Part shown: piece after piece, positions 1 to 10,589 of the stretch | Position numbering within the stretch: position 1 is the first letter of the stretch | Layout: each line of letters opens with the position of its first letter | Source: Streptococcus sp. | Lineage (GTDB): Bacteria > Bacillota > Bacilli > Lactobacillales > Streptococcaceae | DNA length: 44,485 nucleotides | Direction of reading: 5' to 3' | NCBI GenBank assembly: GCA_046994005.1 | Contig: JBKXCY010000001.1 | Location: 1 to 44,485 of the forward strand | Notes under the pieces: generated by a model | The model's input: the letters and a program-made list of their open reading frames with translations, nothing else | What the model was told of the DNA's origin: nothing | The model's database searches: none | Made by a program: the position numbers and the translations under genes

Positions 1-68
1 ACTGTGCGGAGGTGGGACGACGAAATCGAATTCTAACGAATGACCGATTTCTGTTCCACTCTCTTTTT
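1..68 (+). repeat. Streptococcal interspersed repeat (SPRITE-like/MITE-like), 3' part cut by window edge
   Basis: ACTGTGCGGAGGTGGGACGACGAAATCGAATTCTAACGAATGACCGATTTCTGTTCCACTCTC is nearly identical to 2607-2670. Confidence 0.75.
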
Positions 69-135
69 TTCTTTCTATTGATATCTGTTCTCTCCTTTCT
101 GAAAATATGGTAGAATAATAGAAATAGAAAGATAG

Positions 136-675
136 GTGACCATGGATTACTTTAAACGACACAAATTTGATTGGTCCAAATTCCGTTTGGGGATGAGAAC
201 CTTTAAAACAGGGATTGCCGTTTTTATTGTGCTACTTATTTTTGGAATATTTGGCTGGCGAGGCCTTCAGATCGGGACTTTGACAGCTGTTTTTAGTTTG
301 AGGGAAGACTTTGATAAGAGTGTCCACTTCGGGGCTTCGCGTGTCATGGGCAATAGTATCGGAGGTTTTTATGCCGTATTGTTCTTCCTTTTAAAAACGC
401 TCTTTCATGGGGCGTATTGGGTAACTCTGATTTTTATACCCATTGCGACCATGTTAACTATTATGACCAATGTTGCGATGAATAATAAGGCTGGGATCAT
501 TGGGGGAGTTGCGGCCATGCTGATCATCACCCTCTCCATTCCTGATGGAGAGACCTTCTTGTATGTTTTCGCCCGAATATTTGAGACCTTTATTGGCGTT
601 TTCGTTGCGATTTTGGTCAATTCGGATGTTGATCGCATTCGAGATTATCTCAAGAAGCACAAAAAACCTATGTAA
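136..675 (+). CDS. Aromatic acid exporter/FUSC-like membrane protein
   Basis: LGMRTFKTGIAV N-terminus, several TM segments, RIFETFIG motif; typical position upstream of streptococcal glnRA. Confidence 0.75.
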   Translation: MTMDYFKRHKFDWSKFRLGMRTFKTGIAVFIVLLIFGIFGWRGLQIGTLTAVFSLREDFDKSVHFGASRVMGNSIGGFYAVLFFLLKTLFHGAYWVTLIFIPIATMLTIMTNVAMNNKAGIIGGVAAMLIITLSIPDGETFLYVFARIFETFIGVFVAILVNSDVDRIRDYLKKHKKPM

Positions 676-722
676 GATTATATGACATTTAATCTTGACA
701 TAGATTTTTTTTGGGTTATAAT
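670..722 (+). promoter_or_regulatory. GlnR box plus sigma70 promoter of glnRA
   Basis: ATGTAA-N7-TGACAT (670-688) matches ATGTNA-N7-TNACAT; TTGACA 695-700 and TATAAT 717-722. Confidence 0.85.
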
Positions 723-742
723 AGAATGGAAAGAGGAATGGT

Positions 743-1102
743 ATGAAGGAAAAGGAATTACGACGCTCGCTTGCGGTCTTTCCGATTGGGAGCGTGATGA
801 AACTGACTGATTTGACAGCACGCCAGATTCGCTATTATGAAGATCAGGGATTGATTTTTCCTGATCGTACAGAAGGCAATCGCCGTATGTATTCGTTGGA
901 CAATATGGACCGGCTCTTAGAGATTAAGGATTATATCTCTGATGGCTTGAACATTGCGGATATCAAGAGAAGATATGCGGAAAAAGAGCAGGTAACTACC
1001 AAAGCTGTCAGTCAAGAAGATATCCGTAAGGCCCTTCATCGTGACATCGTTCAGCAAAGTCGCTTCACATCATCCCCATCGCCATATGATCCATTTCGTT
1101 GA
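743..1102 (+). CDS. glnR: MerR-family nitrogen regulator GlnR
   Basis: PIGSVMKLTDLTARQIRYYEDQGLI MerR HTH; directly upstream of glnA. Confidence 0.95.
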   Translation: MKEKELRRSLAVFPIGSVMKLTDLTARQIRYYEDQGLIFPDRTEGNRRMYSLDNMDRLLEIKDYISDGLNIADIKRRYAEKEQVTTKAVSQEDIRKALHRDIVQQSRFTSSPSPYDPFR

Positions 1103-1141
1103 TCATTTCATTTCTTTGCATTTTATTTTAAGGAGACAAAA

Positions 1142-2488
1142 ATGTCAATTACTGCTGCAGATATTCGCCGTGAAGTAAAAGAAAAAAATGTTACTTTTAT
1201 TCGCTTGATGTTCTCTGATATTTTGGGAACCATGAAAAACGTCGAAATTCCAGCTACCGATGAGCAACTGGACAAGGTTCTTTCAAACAAAGCTATGTTT
1301 GATGGTTCTTCGATCGAAGGATTTGTTCGCATCAATGAGTCAGATATGTATTTGTACCCAGATTTGGATACTTGGACAGTCTTTCCATGGGGTGATGAAA
1401 ATGGTAGTGTAGCCGGTTTGATCTGTGATGTCTATACAACGGAAGGCAAACCATTTGCAGGGGACCCTCGTGGGAATTTGAAACGTGCCCTTCGTCATAT
1501 GGAAGAACTTGGATTTAAGTCCTTTAACCTTGGTCCAGAACCTGAATTCTTCCTCTTCAAGTTGGATGAAAATGGGGATCCAACGCTTGAAGTAAATGAT
1601 AAGGGTGGCTATTTTGACCTTGCTCCTACCGACCTTGCCGACAATACCCGTCGTGAAATCGTCAATGTCTTGACCAAGATGGGATTTGAAGTGGAAGCCA
1701 GCCACCACGAAGTAGCCGTTGGTCAGCATGAAATCGACTTTAAGTATGATGAAGTTCTTCGTGCTTGTGATAAGATTCAAATCTTCAAGCTTGTCGTGAA
1801 AACCATTGCTCGTAAACACGGTTTGTATGCAACCTTTATGGCCAAACCAAAATTTGGTATTGCTGGTTCAGGGATGCACTGTAATATGTCTCTCTTTGAC
1901 CAAGATGGCAACAATGCCTTCTTTGATCCAGAAGATCCAAAGGGCATGCAATTGTCAGAAACAGCTTATCACTTCTTGGGTGGCTTGATCAAGCATGCAT
2001 ATAACTTTACAGCGGTGACAAACCCAACGGTTAACTCTTATAAGCGTTTGGTGCCAGGATATGAAGCACCCGTTTATATCGCTTGGGCAGGTCGCAACCG
2101 TTCCCCATTGGTACGTGTGCCAGCATCACGTGGTATGGGAACTCGTTTAGAATTGCGTTCAGTAGACCCAATGGCCAATCCTTATGTAGCCTTGGCAGTC
2201 TTGCTTGAAGTCGGCCTTCACGGGATTGAAAATAAAATCGAAGCACCTGCTCCGATCGAAGAAAATATCTATGTGATGACACCAGAAGAACGTAGAGCAG
2301 CTGGAATCACAGATCTCCCTTCTACCCTTCACAATGCCTTGAAAGCCTTGACAGAAGACGAAGTGGTGAAAGCTGCCTTGGGTGAGCACATCTACACCAG
2401 CTTCCTTGAAGCCAAACGAATCGAATGGGCAAGTTATGCTACCTTCGTATCCCAATGGGAAGTAGACAACTATTTAGATCTTTATTAA
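1142..2488 (+). CDS. glnA: Type I glutamine synthetase
   Basis: [33 protein letters not shown] and [12 protein letters not shown] motifs. Confidence 0.98.
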   Translation: MSITAADIRREVKEKNVTFIRLMFSDILGTMKNVEIPATDEQLDKVLSNKAMFDGSSIEGFVRINESDMYLYPDLDTWTVFPWGDENGSVAGLICDVYTTEGKPFAGDPRGNLKRALRHMEELGFKSFNLGPEPEFFLFKLDENGDPTLEVNDKGGYFDLAPTDLADNTRREIVNVLTKMGFEVEASHHEVAVGQHEIDFKYDEVLRACDKIQIFKLVVKTIARKHGLYATFMAKPKFGIAGSGMHCNMSLFDQDGNNAFFDPEDPKGMQLSETAYHFLGGLIKHAYNFTAVTNPTVNSYKRLVPGYEAPVYIAWAGRNRSPLVRVPASRGMGTRLELRSVDPMANPYVALAVLLEVGLHGIENKIEAPAPIEENIYVMTPEERRAAGITDLPSTLHNALKALTEDEVVKAALGEHIYTSFLEAKRIEWASYATFVSQWEVDNYLDLY

Positions 2489-2500
2489 GAAACAAGAGTA

Positions 2501-2674
2501 AAGAGGCTAGGACAAAAGTCCTAGCCTCTTTTGGATTGTCGAGCAAGACGTAGTGGTTGAGTGGGCTCTACTACGCTGATTTCATCAGCTTTTACAGCCC
2601 TACTCAACTGTGCGGAGGAGGGACGACGAAATCAAATTCTAACGAATTACCGATTTCTGTCCCACTCTCTTTTT
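2501..2674 (+). repeat. Full copy of the interspersed repeat, starting with a terminator-like hairpin
   Basis: AAGAGGCTAGGAC-AAAA-GTCCTAGCCTCTT hairpin after the glnA stop; 3' half matches 1-68; ends are imperfect inverted repeats (GAGGCTAGGACAAAAGTC / GATTTCTGTCCCACTCTC). Confidence 0.75.
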
Positions 2675-2694
2675 GATCCTCAAAAGGTTACTAT

Positions 2695-2731
2695 AAAACC
2701 AGTTGAAACAGTGGTTTCAACTGGTTGTTTT
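2695..2731 (-). terminator. Rho-independent terminator of rnjA
   Basis: AACCAGTTGAAAC-AGTG-GTTTCAACTGGTT hairpin immediately after the rnjA stop. Confidence 0.75.
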
Positions 2732-2732
2732 G

Positions 2733-4415
2733 TTAATTTTCGTCATCTGGTGTGAGAATCATTGGGATAATGATAGGTTCACGTTCCGTGCTCTCGTATA
2801 AGAATGGGCGAAGGGCATTGACAATCGCACCATTGACGGTTTGGATATTGGCATCTTTGTTCTTCAAGGCGATACGAATAGCATTGAAGAGAATGCGTTG
2901 GCTTTCACGAATCAGATCTCCTGATTCACGCATGTAGATAAAACCACGGCTCAAGATGTCTGGTCCAGCCAGGATCATCTTCGATTTGAAGTCAACAGTC
3001 GCAACAGCAAGAACGACACCGTCTTCGGAAAGGTCTCTCCGGTCACGAAGGACAGCAGCCCCGATTTCACCGATGCGATTTCCATCGACATAGATATCTT
3101 GAGCATTGAAGCTTCCTGCGATCCGAGCAGAGTTGGCTGTAAGAGCGAGGACATCACCATTACTCATGATGAAGATATTGTCTTTTTCCACTCCGCAATC
3201 ACGCGCAAGTCCTGCGTGGATCTTCTGCATCCGGTATTCACCATGGACAGGCATGAAGTATTTTGGTTTGATCAAGCGGAGCATGAGTTTTTGTTCTTGT
3301 TGCCCCCCGTGTCCAGAGGTATGGATGTTGTTGATCTTCCCGTGAATGACCTCTACACCCGCTTCAGAAATCGTATTGATCAATTTATTCACACTGGTTG
3401 TATTTCCAGGAATTGGACTAGAAGAGAAGATCACGGTATCTCCTGGTTGGAGTTGCACTTGGCGGTGCGTTCCGTTGGCAATCCGAGAGAGGGCTGCCAT
3501 TGGCTCTCCTTGGCTTCCTGTACACATGATCAGGATTTCATTGGCCGCATAGTCTTTGATCTCATTTGGCTCGATAATGGTTCCAGCAGGGACCTTGATG
3601 TAGCCAAGCTCAATTCCGTTGACGATGGCTTTTTCCATCGAGCGTCCAAAGACGACGATCTTACGACCTGTCTTGACAGCTGCCTCAGCAGCTTGTTGGA
3701 GACGGAAGATATTAGAGGCAAAGGAAGCAAAAATGATGCGCCCGTGAATGCCTTCGATGATCTTCATGATGGATTGGCCAACTACTTTTTCAGAGTTGGT
3801 AAAGGTTGGGACTTCAGCGTTGGTTGAGTCTGAAAGCAGACAGAGAACGCCTTCCTCTCCAAGGGCCGCCATACGATGGAGGTCAGCCGGTTCCCCAACA
3901 GGTGTGAAGTCAAATTTGAAGTCTCCGGTACAGACAATCTTTCCTTGAGGGGTGTGAATCACAATCCCTAAAGGTTCTGGAATCGAGTGAGTCGTACGGA
4001 AGAAGGTTGCTTTAAGATTTTTAAATTGAAGCTCAGTGTTTTGGTTGATTTCGTAGAGTTTGGCATCACGAAGAAGACCGTGCTCTTCTAATTTTCCACG
4101 GATCAAGGCAAGCGCCAAAGGTCCAGCGTAGATAGGGACATTGGCTTGCTTCAAAAGGAAAGGAATCCCACCGATGTGGTCTTCGTGTCCGTGGGTAATG
4201 AGGACCGCTTTGACGCGATCGATATTGTCAACGATATAAGAGTAATCTGGGATGACATAGTCGATCCCAAGGAGGTCATCTTCTGGAAATTTGATCCCGG
4301 CATCGACAATGATGATTTCATCTTGGTATTCGATCCCGTAGGTATTTTTTCCGATCTCTCCAAGTCCACCAATGGCAAATACACCAACTTCTTCAGGTTT
4401 TAAGGTATAAGCCAT
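2733..4415 (-). CDS. rnjA: Ribonuclease J1
   Basis: [18 protein letters not shown] metallo-beta-lactamase, HTSGHG and PVHGEYR motifs. Confidence 0.96.
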   Translation of the reverse strand: MAYTLKPEEVGVFAIGGLGEIGKNTYGIEYQDEIIIVDAGIKFPEDDLLGIDYVIPDYSYIVDNIDRVKAVLITHGHEDHIGGIPFLLKQANVPIYAGPLALALIRGKLEEHGLLRDAKLYEINQNTELQFKNLKATFFRTTHSIPEPLGIVIHTPQGKIVCTGDFKFDFTPVGEPADLHRMAALGEEGVLCLLSDSTNAEVPTFTNSEKVVGQSIMKIIEGIHGRIIFASFASNIFRLQQAAEAAVKTGRKIVVFGRSMEKAIVNGIELGYIKVPAGTIIEPNEIKDYAANEILIMCTGSQGEPMAALSRIANGTHRQVQLQPGDTVIFSSSPIPGNTTSVNKLINTISEAGVEVIHGKINNIHTSGHGGQQEQKLMLRLIKPKYFMPVHGEYRMQKIHAGLARDCGVEKDNIFIMSNGDVLALTANSARIAGSFNAQDIYVDGNRIGEIGAAVLRDRRDLSEDGVVLAVATVDFKSKMILAGPDILSRGFIYMRESGDLIRESQRILFNAIRIALKNKDANIQTVNGAIVNALRPFLYESTEREPIIIPMILTPDDEN

Positions 4416-4418
4416 GGA

Positions 4419-4649
4419 TTAGTACTCCGTTAGTTCAAAAGCACCTGACTCTTTCTCGTAAGCAAGGTGTTGCTCAGAAAGTGGTGTGATAAATTCAATG
4501 TTGAAATCTGTGTTTGCTTCAACCAATTGACGAGCTTGGATGCGTCCTTCGCGTTCATTTGGTGCATCAATATCGAGATAAAGTGCATGCGTGGTTTCAC
4601 GACGAGGGTTGCGGTCTTTTGTTTCCTGATAAAAAACTTTGTAAATCAT
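4419..4649 (-). CDS. rpoY: RNA polymerase epsilon subunit
   Basis: MIYKVFYQE...PRRETT...IEFI signature; conserved position upstream of rnjA. Confidence 0.92.
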   Translation of the reverse strand: MIYKVFYQETKDRNPRRETTHALYLDIDAPNEREGRIQARQLVEANTDFNIEFITPLSEQHLAYEKESGAFELTEY

Positions 4650-4941
4650 GAAGTAATTTTCCTTTCATTATTTCGGTCTATTTGTTAGCTACGGAGGAGT
4701 GCAATCACTAGAGTTTCCTACTCGCAACCAGTGGACCTGATTCGATACAATTAATTATCATTATATCATAAATTCGCCTGTAAGTAAAAGATAGACTGGA
4801 AAAGTCAGAGAGGCAAAGACCTATAATAGAGAAGCTTTTGAGCAGTTTTGGATATGAAAATCCTGCGTTCTAGAGGAGAGTTTCGCTGGGATTTGAAGGG
4901 AATTTGTAGTATAATATAATCCAGTTCAAGAGGAGTAGGAA

Positions 4942-5625
4942 ATGAAATTATTAGCATTTGATACCTCGAGTAAGGCTCTTTCTGTAGCGATTTTAGAAGA
5001 TGAGGCTCTACTTGCAGAAACAACATTAACTATTAAAAAAAATCATAGTATCACCTTGATGCCGGTCATCGATTTTTTGATGCAACAGATCGACTTGACA
5101 CCCAAGGACTTGGACCGCATCGTGGTGGCAGAAGGTCCTGGGAGTTACACTGGGCTGCGCATTGCGGTCGCAACCGCAAAGACCTTGGCTCATACTTTAG
5201 GGATTGAATTGATCGGGGTTTCGAGCCTCTTAGCCATAGTGCCGGAAGATCTAGAAGGTTTGGTAGTTCCTGTCATGGATGCCCGTCGGAACAACGTTTA
5301 TGCAGGTTTTTACCAAAATGATCAGCTGGTCGCACCAGAAGGGCATTTTCCATTTGAGGAAGTCCTAGAGCGTGCAGCGACAAGTGAGCAGGTCACCTTT
5401 GTCGGAGAAGTCACGGCCTTTAAGGAGCAGATTGCCTCTAGCCTGCCAAGGGCTACTTACTATGAAACCTTGCCAGATGCAGTGAAAATCGGACGTCTCG
5501 GTCTCAAACAAGCGCCTGTTAGCCTCCATGATTTCGTCCCTCATTATCTCAAACGGGTCGAAGCAGAGGAAAATTGGCTCAAAGACCACACGGAAACAAC
5601 GACCTCTTACATCAAGCGCCTATGA
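4942..5625 (+). CDS. tsaB: tRNA t6A biosynthesis protein TsaB
   Basis: LAFDTS, GPGSYTGLRI and DARR motifs. Confidence 0.95.
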   Translation: MKLLAFDTSSKALSVAILEDEALLAETTLTIKKNHSITLMPVIDFLMQQIDLTPKDLDRIVVAEGPGSYTGLRIAVATAKTLAHTLGIELIGVSSLLAIVPEDLEGLVVPVMDARRNNVYAGFYQNDQLVAPEGHFPFEEVLERAATSEQVTFVGEVTAFKEQIASSLPRATYYETLPDAVKIGRLGLKQAPVSLHDFVPHYLKRVEAEENWLKDHTETTTSYIKRL

Positions 5626-6059
5626 TGAAAGGAACAATCAGGAAAGGGAGCGTCCAGGATGCAGCTGCCATTCTCGCTGTGATGGAAGATGTCTATGAAG
5701 CTAGTCCCTGGAAGTTGGAGCAGATTGAAGCTGATTTAGAGCAGGAATCGACCTCCTATTTCCTAGCTGTGGATGAGGGGCAAGTCCTTGGATTTGTCGC
5801 CATTCAAGAGACTCTCTATGAAGCAGAGGTCTTACAGATTGCGGTCAAGCGCGTCTTTCAAGGCCAAGGCCTAGCTCAGCAGTTACTCGCGCAGTTGCCG
5901 GACCAAAAAGAGATTTTCTTAGAAGTGCGCGTGTCCAATCAACCGGCCCAAGGCCTATACAAAAAAATGCATTTTGAAGAAATTGCACGGAGGAAAAACT
6001 ACTATCACGATCCCATAGAGGATGCTGTGATCATGAAGAGGAACCTAAATGAAAGATAG
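5622..6059 (+). CDS. rimI: Ribosomal-protein-alanine N-acetyltransferase
   Basis: GNAT fold with LEVRVSN...[17 protein letters not shown] 5622 overlaps the tsaB stop. Confidence 0.9.
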   Translation: MMKGTIRKGSVQDAAAILAVMEDVYEASPWKLEQIEADLEQESTSYFLAVDEGQVLGFVAIQETLYEAEVLQIAVKRVFQGQGLAQQLLAQLPDQKEIFLEVRVSNQPAQGLYKKMHFEEIARRKNYYHDPIEDAVIMKRNLNER

Positions 6060-7059
6060 ATATATTTTGGCTTTTGAGACATCTTGCGATGAGACCAGTG
6101 TGGCTGTCTTGAAAAATGACGACCAACTCTTGTCCAATGTCATTGCCAGTCAAATCGAAAGTCACAAGCGTTTTGGTGGGGTAGTGCCTGAGGTAGCCTC
6201 CCGTCACCATGTGGAAGTCATCACCGCTTGTATTGAAGAAGCCTTAGAAGAAGCTGGCATCACAGAAGCCGATGTCACAGCTGTGGCTGTCACCTACGGT
6301 CCAGGCCTAGTTGGAGCTCTTTTAGTCGGCCTAGCTGCAGCCAAGGCCTTTGCCTGGGCGCATGGACTTCCTTTGATTCCTGTCAATCATATGGCAGGGC
6401 ACTTGATGGCCGCTCAAAGCGTCGAGCCCTTAGAATTTCCACTTTTGGCCTTGCTGGTGAGTGGAGGACATACCGAGCTAGTCTACGTCAGTGAAGCGGG
6501 TGATTATAAGATCGTCGGAGAGACCCGTGATGATGCTGTCGGAGAGGCTTATGACAAGGTCGGGCGCGTGATGGGCTTGACCTATCCAGCAGGACGTGAA
6601 ATTGATCAACTAGCCCACCAAGGGGCTGATATCTACGATTTCCCACGGGCCATGATCAAGGAAGACAATCTGGAATTCTCCTTTTCAGGACTCAAATCGG
6701 CCTTTATCAATCTGCACCATAACGCACAGCAAAAAGGTGAAAGTCTCTCCAATGCAGACTTGTCAGCGAGTTTCCAAGCAGCCGTATTAGACATTCTCAT
6801 GGCCAAGACCAAGAAGGCTTTGGAGAAATATCCAGTCAAGACTCTAGTCGTCGCTGGTGGGGTCGCAGCCAACCAAGGTCTCCGTGAACGTCTGGCTTCT
6901 GAGATCACAGATGTTAAGGTCATCATTCCGCCTCTGCGTCTCTGCGGGGATAATGCAGGGATGATTGCCTATGCCAGTGTCAGTGAATGGAACAAAGAAA
7001 ACTTCGCAGGCTGGGATCTTAATGCCAAACCAAGTCTCGCCTTTGAAGGAATTGAATAA
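6049..7059 (+). CDS. tsaD: tRNA t6A transferase TsaD
   Basis: [27 protein letters not shown] and DNAGMIA motifs. Confidence 0.97.
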   Translation: MKDRYILAFETSCDETSVAVLKNDDQLLSNVIASQIESHKRFGGVVPEVASRHHVEVITACIEEALEEAGITEADVTAVAVTYGPGLVGALLVGLAAAKAFAWAHGLPLIPVNHMAGHLMAAQSVEPLEFPLLALLVSGGHTELVYVSEAGDYKIVGETRDDAVGEAYDKVGRVMGLTYPAGREIDQLAHQGADIYDFPRAMIKEDNLEFSFSGLKSAFINLHHNAQQKGESLSNADLSASFQAAVLDILMAKTKKALEKYPVKTLVVAGGVAANQGLRERLASEITDVKVIIPPLRLCGDNAGMIAYASVSEWNKENFAGWDLNAKPSLAFEGIE

Positions 7060-7060
7060 G

Positions 7061-7102
7061 AAAAAGGAGCCAATTGGATGTGCGATTCCAATGGCTTTTT
7101 TG
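7061..7102 (+). terminator. Terminator after tsaD
   Basis: AGCCAATTGGA...TCCAATGGCT followed by a T-tract. Confidence 0.6.
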
Positions 7103-7194
7103 CTGGGATCTCACCAACTAGTAGCGGATTTGCGAGGTGAAAGAAAATTCGGTATGATAGAAGGAATGAAAGATCTAGGAGGAAGAGAATAGAT

Positions 7195-8175
7195 ATGAAG
7201 AAAGAGAAGAGCTCTAAATATAGAATTGGTACGATGCTTGTCTTTGCGGTCTGTTTGCTACTGGTTGCAGGATGCGTATCACACAAGAAAATTGAAAAAA
7301 GTGATAAGAGTAAAGAGTCATACGAATTTTCGGTCTATAATGCGAAATCAGATATTAAAGACTTTCAATTTATACATGCTAAAAATGGGCTTGTGGTCGA
7401 ATGGAAGTTTGATGAAAAAGAACGGAAGAAATCTTTGAAGTCTCCCGATTCATCAGATTGGGTTGAGGTGAACTCTAACTATTTGGTTAGACAAAGAAAC
7501 AGAGTAAGAGGTATTATTCCATCGAAAAAAATGAAGTCGGATGAATATGCCCATTTAGAGATTTATGATTTGACAGGGAGTAAGGCGAAACGAAAGGAAG
7601 TCGATCTTTGGAAGATGATGGTGGAGTATGTAAAAAATGATGATTTCGAACTCTATGGATCTTTTCCAACTCTTCGAAAAATGAATGGGAATGATTACGC
7701 TATCATTAAAATTATGAAGCAAACTCAGCCACGTTATTTTTTGCTTAATCTTAAAACCCTTAAAATTGATAAAGAAATAACGGAAGAAGACGTGAATGAG
7801 AAAAATAGAGTGTATCTCTCAATTTCTACCCGTAAAGGCTACACTGCTGGAGTTCTTCCGTTTGATAATGGTTTTTGGAAGAAGGAATCTTACAAAGGGA
7901 ATATCAATTTAAAGGCATCCTATCCGACTGCATTTAACCTCTTTTCAAAACCAGAAGGTTTTGCATATAAAGTGATTAATTCTGAGAATGGTGTGATTAC
8001 GAATGGGAAAGAACTGATAGATCTAGAAACAGAATTTCTTACATTAGGTTCCTCTGTGTACGATTATGCCTATCTACCTAAAGAACTGAGTGTAGAAAAT
8101 AAAGATACGAAAATCTCTCAGTTCGATGAGATTCAAAAGTATTATAACGGTAAACCTATTTCAAATTGGTACTGA
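7195..8175 (+). CDS. Hypothetical lipoprotein
   Basis: Basic N-terminus, hydrophobic stretch, lipobox VAGC; AGGAGG RBS; more AT-rich than its flanks. Confidence 0.75.
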   Translation: MKKEKSSKYRIGTMLVFAVCLLLVAGCVSHKKIEKSDKSKESYEFSVYNAKSDIKDFQFIHAKNGLVVEWKFDEKERKKSLKSPDSSDWVEVNSNYLVRQRNRVRGIIPSKKMKSDEYAHLEIYDLTGSKAKRKEVDLWKMMVEYVKNDDFELYGSFPTLRKMNGNDYAIIKIMKQTQPRYFLLNLKTLKIDKEITEEDVNEKNRVYLSISTRKGYTAGVLPFDNGFWKKESYKGNINLKASYPTAFNLFSKPEGFAYKVINSENGVITNGKELIDLETEFLTLGSSVYDYAYLPKELSVENKDTKISQFDEIQKYYNGKPISNWY

Positions 8176-8220
8176 GAGAAATTTTAGGAAACATACAAGG
8201 AGAGTGAAAAAGAGGTTGTT

Positions 8221-8766
8221 ATGCAAACAATGATTAATTTAGGGATATGGGAGAACAAGAATTACCATTTTGATTGGGAGGAAAAAATCTTACTAGAAGA
8301 GACATCTTCTCCTAACTACTGGTCTTATGTATTGCTCCCTATTACATTATTTATTATCAACAAAATTTCGGATGGATTAGCGGAAGCTGGAATATTTGAC
8401 AATCAGTTGGTACGACTTGGAACGATTCCGATTTTAGGTGTTATCTCCTACTTCCTAGCTGCGTGGATCATTCGATATTACCATGCAAGCCTGAAATTAC
8501 AGCCATCCAAGTTGGATGAGGATCAGTGCAAGAAGTTAATTAAGGCATTAAAGAGACGGAAGGTGTACTTTACATTTCTGGTCAATCTTTTTAGGTTCCT
8601 AACTGTAGCCGCTATTCTTTTATTTGTCATTGGAAATGAAGCCATTGCAGCACTCTTTTTGATGATTAGTTTTATAGTGATATTTATGTTCAAATTTGAT
8701 TACCAATTATCTAAATGGCCCGATATGATGGAGAGCATATCTCAAGCAGTGGGAAATGGTGAGTAA
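8221..8766 (+). CDS. Multi-TM membrane protein, DUF443-like
   Basis: Short soluble N-terminus then about 4 TM helices; family assignment by resemblance only. Confidence 0.5.
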   Translation: MQTMINLGIWENKNYHFDWEEKILLEETSSPNYWSYVLLPITLFIINKISDGLAEAGIFDNQLVRLGTIPILGVISYFLAAWIIRYYHASLKLQPSKLDEDQCKKLIKALKRRKVYFTFLVNLFRFLTVAAILLFVIGNEAIAALFLMISFIVIFMFKFDYQLSKWPDMMESISQAVGNGE

Positions 8767-8813
8767 GGAAGATTTGATGGATATTAATATTCTTTAAAAT
8801 AAGAGGTAGAAAA

Positions 8814-9368
8814 ATGCCATTATATATTATATTTCTTTTTGCAATAGGGGGTGGCTCTATCTATTTCCTAACTGCTTTCTTCATCTATTCCTACATTTCT
8901 AAGCGTTTTGCAAGAAGGAAAAATCTAGCAACAGAACGGGTTGATGGTATTGTTGTTGGGTATGCATACGCAAAACAGGTGATTCCACCAATTGTAGAAT
9001 ATATTGTTGATGGAATAGCATATAAGAGACAACTGGAATATCGTTGGACCGTGGTGAAATCGGCCCCCTGGATGAGTCGGAAGGCGGTAGCTGATACACC
9101 GGATCTTTTGAGTGAAAATCTAGTGATTTCTAGAAACTCAATGGTCTCCTATACAAACGTTTTAGAAGAAGCCTTTCCTAAAGGATCTACTATGACTGTC
9201 TGGTATAATCCTCAAAATCCAAGAGAGTCCTATGTTGAACGTTTTTGTAATAAAGATAAACTGTATAAAAAGTTAGCTCTTCTCTTTCTCGTTCTCTACA
9301 TCATTTATATGATCGTTTTTGTAACCCTTACAATTTTATCTATAGTTTACAATTGGAAGGCTAATTAA
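8814..9368 (+). CDS. DUF3592-like membrane protein
   Basis: TM-(G-VVGY...P-VEY-VDG...G...V-YNPQNP.ESY)-TM architecture. Confidence 0.65.
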   Translation: MPLYIIFLFAIGGGSIYFLTAFFIYSYISKRFARRKNLATERVDGIVVGYAYAKQVIPPIVEYIVDGIAYKRQLEYRWTVVKSAPWMSRKAVADTPDLLSENLVISRNSMVSYTNVLEEAFPKGSTMTVWYNPQNPRESYVERFCNKDKLYKKLALLFLVLYIIYMIVFVTLTILSIVYNWKAN

Positions 9369-9478
9369 GATTTTAAAATATAAGGGCAGTAGAAATGGTT
9401 TGAGTCTCTCATTGGTCCTTTTTCAACTTTTTTTCTTGTGTTATAATAGAGGTCAATGATTCAGAAAGGAGTGAGAGA

Positions 9479-10174
9479 GTGGAAAAAGATTTTTGGCAGG
9501 GGGTGAAGGACGCGCTACCGACGGCTTTGGGCTATATCAGTATTGGCCTGGCTTGCGGTGTGGTGGCGTCTCCCTATCTTTCTCCTTTGGAGATGGCCTT
9601 GATGAGTGTATTGGTCTATGCTGGGGCGGCCCAGTTTGCGATGATCTCTCTGATTGCGGCTCATTCTTCGATCTTGAATATGGCCTTGACGGTGTGTTTG
9701 ATCAATCTCCGTAATATGTTGATGAGTCTGCATACATCGTCTGACTTTAAGGATGCTAGTCTCGCTCATACCATCGGGATTGGAAGCCTCCTGACCGATG
9801 AGAGTTATGGGGTCTACTTGAGTGAGAAGTTAAAGACGGATACCATTACAGTTCCTTGGATGCATGGGAACAATCTAGTAGGCTATGTGGCCTGGATCAG
9901 TGCGACGGTTATCGGAACAGCTCTAGGATCTCTCCTACCTGATCCAAAGGCTTTTGGACTTGATTTTGCTTTAGTGGCTATGTTTATTGGGATTTTTGCA
10001 GCCCAGTTTCAAGGAATGCAACTGACAGAAAAGACCAAGACTATGCTCACGGTGCTGTTAGCAGTAGCAGTGAGTTTCTTTCTCTTACTCTTTTTTGTTT
10101 CGCAACCGCTAGCTGTGCTAGCTGCGACCTTGATCGGCTGTTTTGTGGGGGTGGTCTGTGATGCGCGTGAATAG
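9479..10174 (+). CDS. azlC: AzlC-family branched-chain amino acid exporter permease
   Basis: YAGAAQF, INLRNMLMS, LTDESYG and GLDFAL motifs. Confidence 0.9.
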   Translation: MEKDFWQGVKDALPTALGYISIGLACGVVASPYLSPLEMALMSVLVYAGAAQFAMISLIAAHSSILNMALTVCLINLRNMLMSLHTSSDFKDASLAHTIGIGSLLTDESYGVYLSEKLKTDTITVPWMHGNNLVGYVAWISATVIGTALGSLLPDPKAFGLDFALVAMFIGIFAAQFQGMQLTEKTKTMLTVLLAVAVSFFLLLFFVSQPLAVLAATLIGCFVGVVCDARE

Positions 10175-10487
10175 TTATATCTTCATGGCCATTCTGGCCT
10201 CAGCTCTCGTTACCTGGATTCCTCGGATCTTGCCCTTCCTCTTAGTCAAATACAAGGGACTGCCGGCTCCTGTAACTCGCTTTCTCAAATACCTGCCTAT
10301 TTCCATTATCTTTGCCTTGGTTTTATCAAGCTTAGTAGATGGGAAAATTGGAAGCCTCCCGCAGCTCCACTGGTTGGACCTAGTGGTGACCATTCCCAGT
10401 CTCTTTGTAGCCTTTCGTTACAAAAACCTTATGGGAACTGTTTTGTTTGGAATTGTCTTGATTGCCCTATTGCGATTGGTATTTTAA
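10161..10487 (+). CDS. azlD: AzlD-family membrane protein
   Basis: VTWIPRILPF motif; overlaps the azlC 3' end. Confidence 0.85.
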   Translation: MRVNSYIFMAILASALVTWIPRILPFLLVKYKGLPAPVTRFLKYLPISIIFALVLSSLVDGKIGSLPQLHWLDLVVTIPSLFVAFRYKNLMGTVLFGIVLIALLRLVF

Positions 10488-10499
10488 ATGTAAAAATAT

Positions 10500-10560
10500 G
10501 TTACAAAAAAGTTACAATTATTACAAAAAAACTTGATTTTTGTAATAATTGGAGTATAAT
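10500..10560. promoter_or_regulatory. WalR/VicR-type direct-repeat box upstream of the lipoprotein promoter
   Basis: GTTACA-AAAAA-GTTACA (10500-10516) reads TGTAAC-N5-TGTAAC on the minus strand; TATAAT at 10555-10560. Confidence 0.55.
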
Positions 10561-10589
10561 GGGAGTCAGAAAGATAAAGAGGTGATCGT

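Noticed and set aside
2561..2755. 64-aa ORF after glnA
   Set aside because: Lies within the interspersed repeat and rnjA terminator; no RBS.
3099..3827. 242-aa antisense ORF and other long antisense ORFs over glnA, larA and lacG
   Set aside because: Opposite strand of well-conserved genes with biased codon usage; no independent signals.
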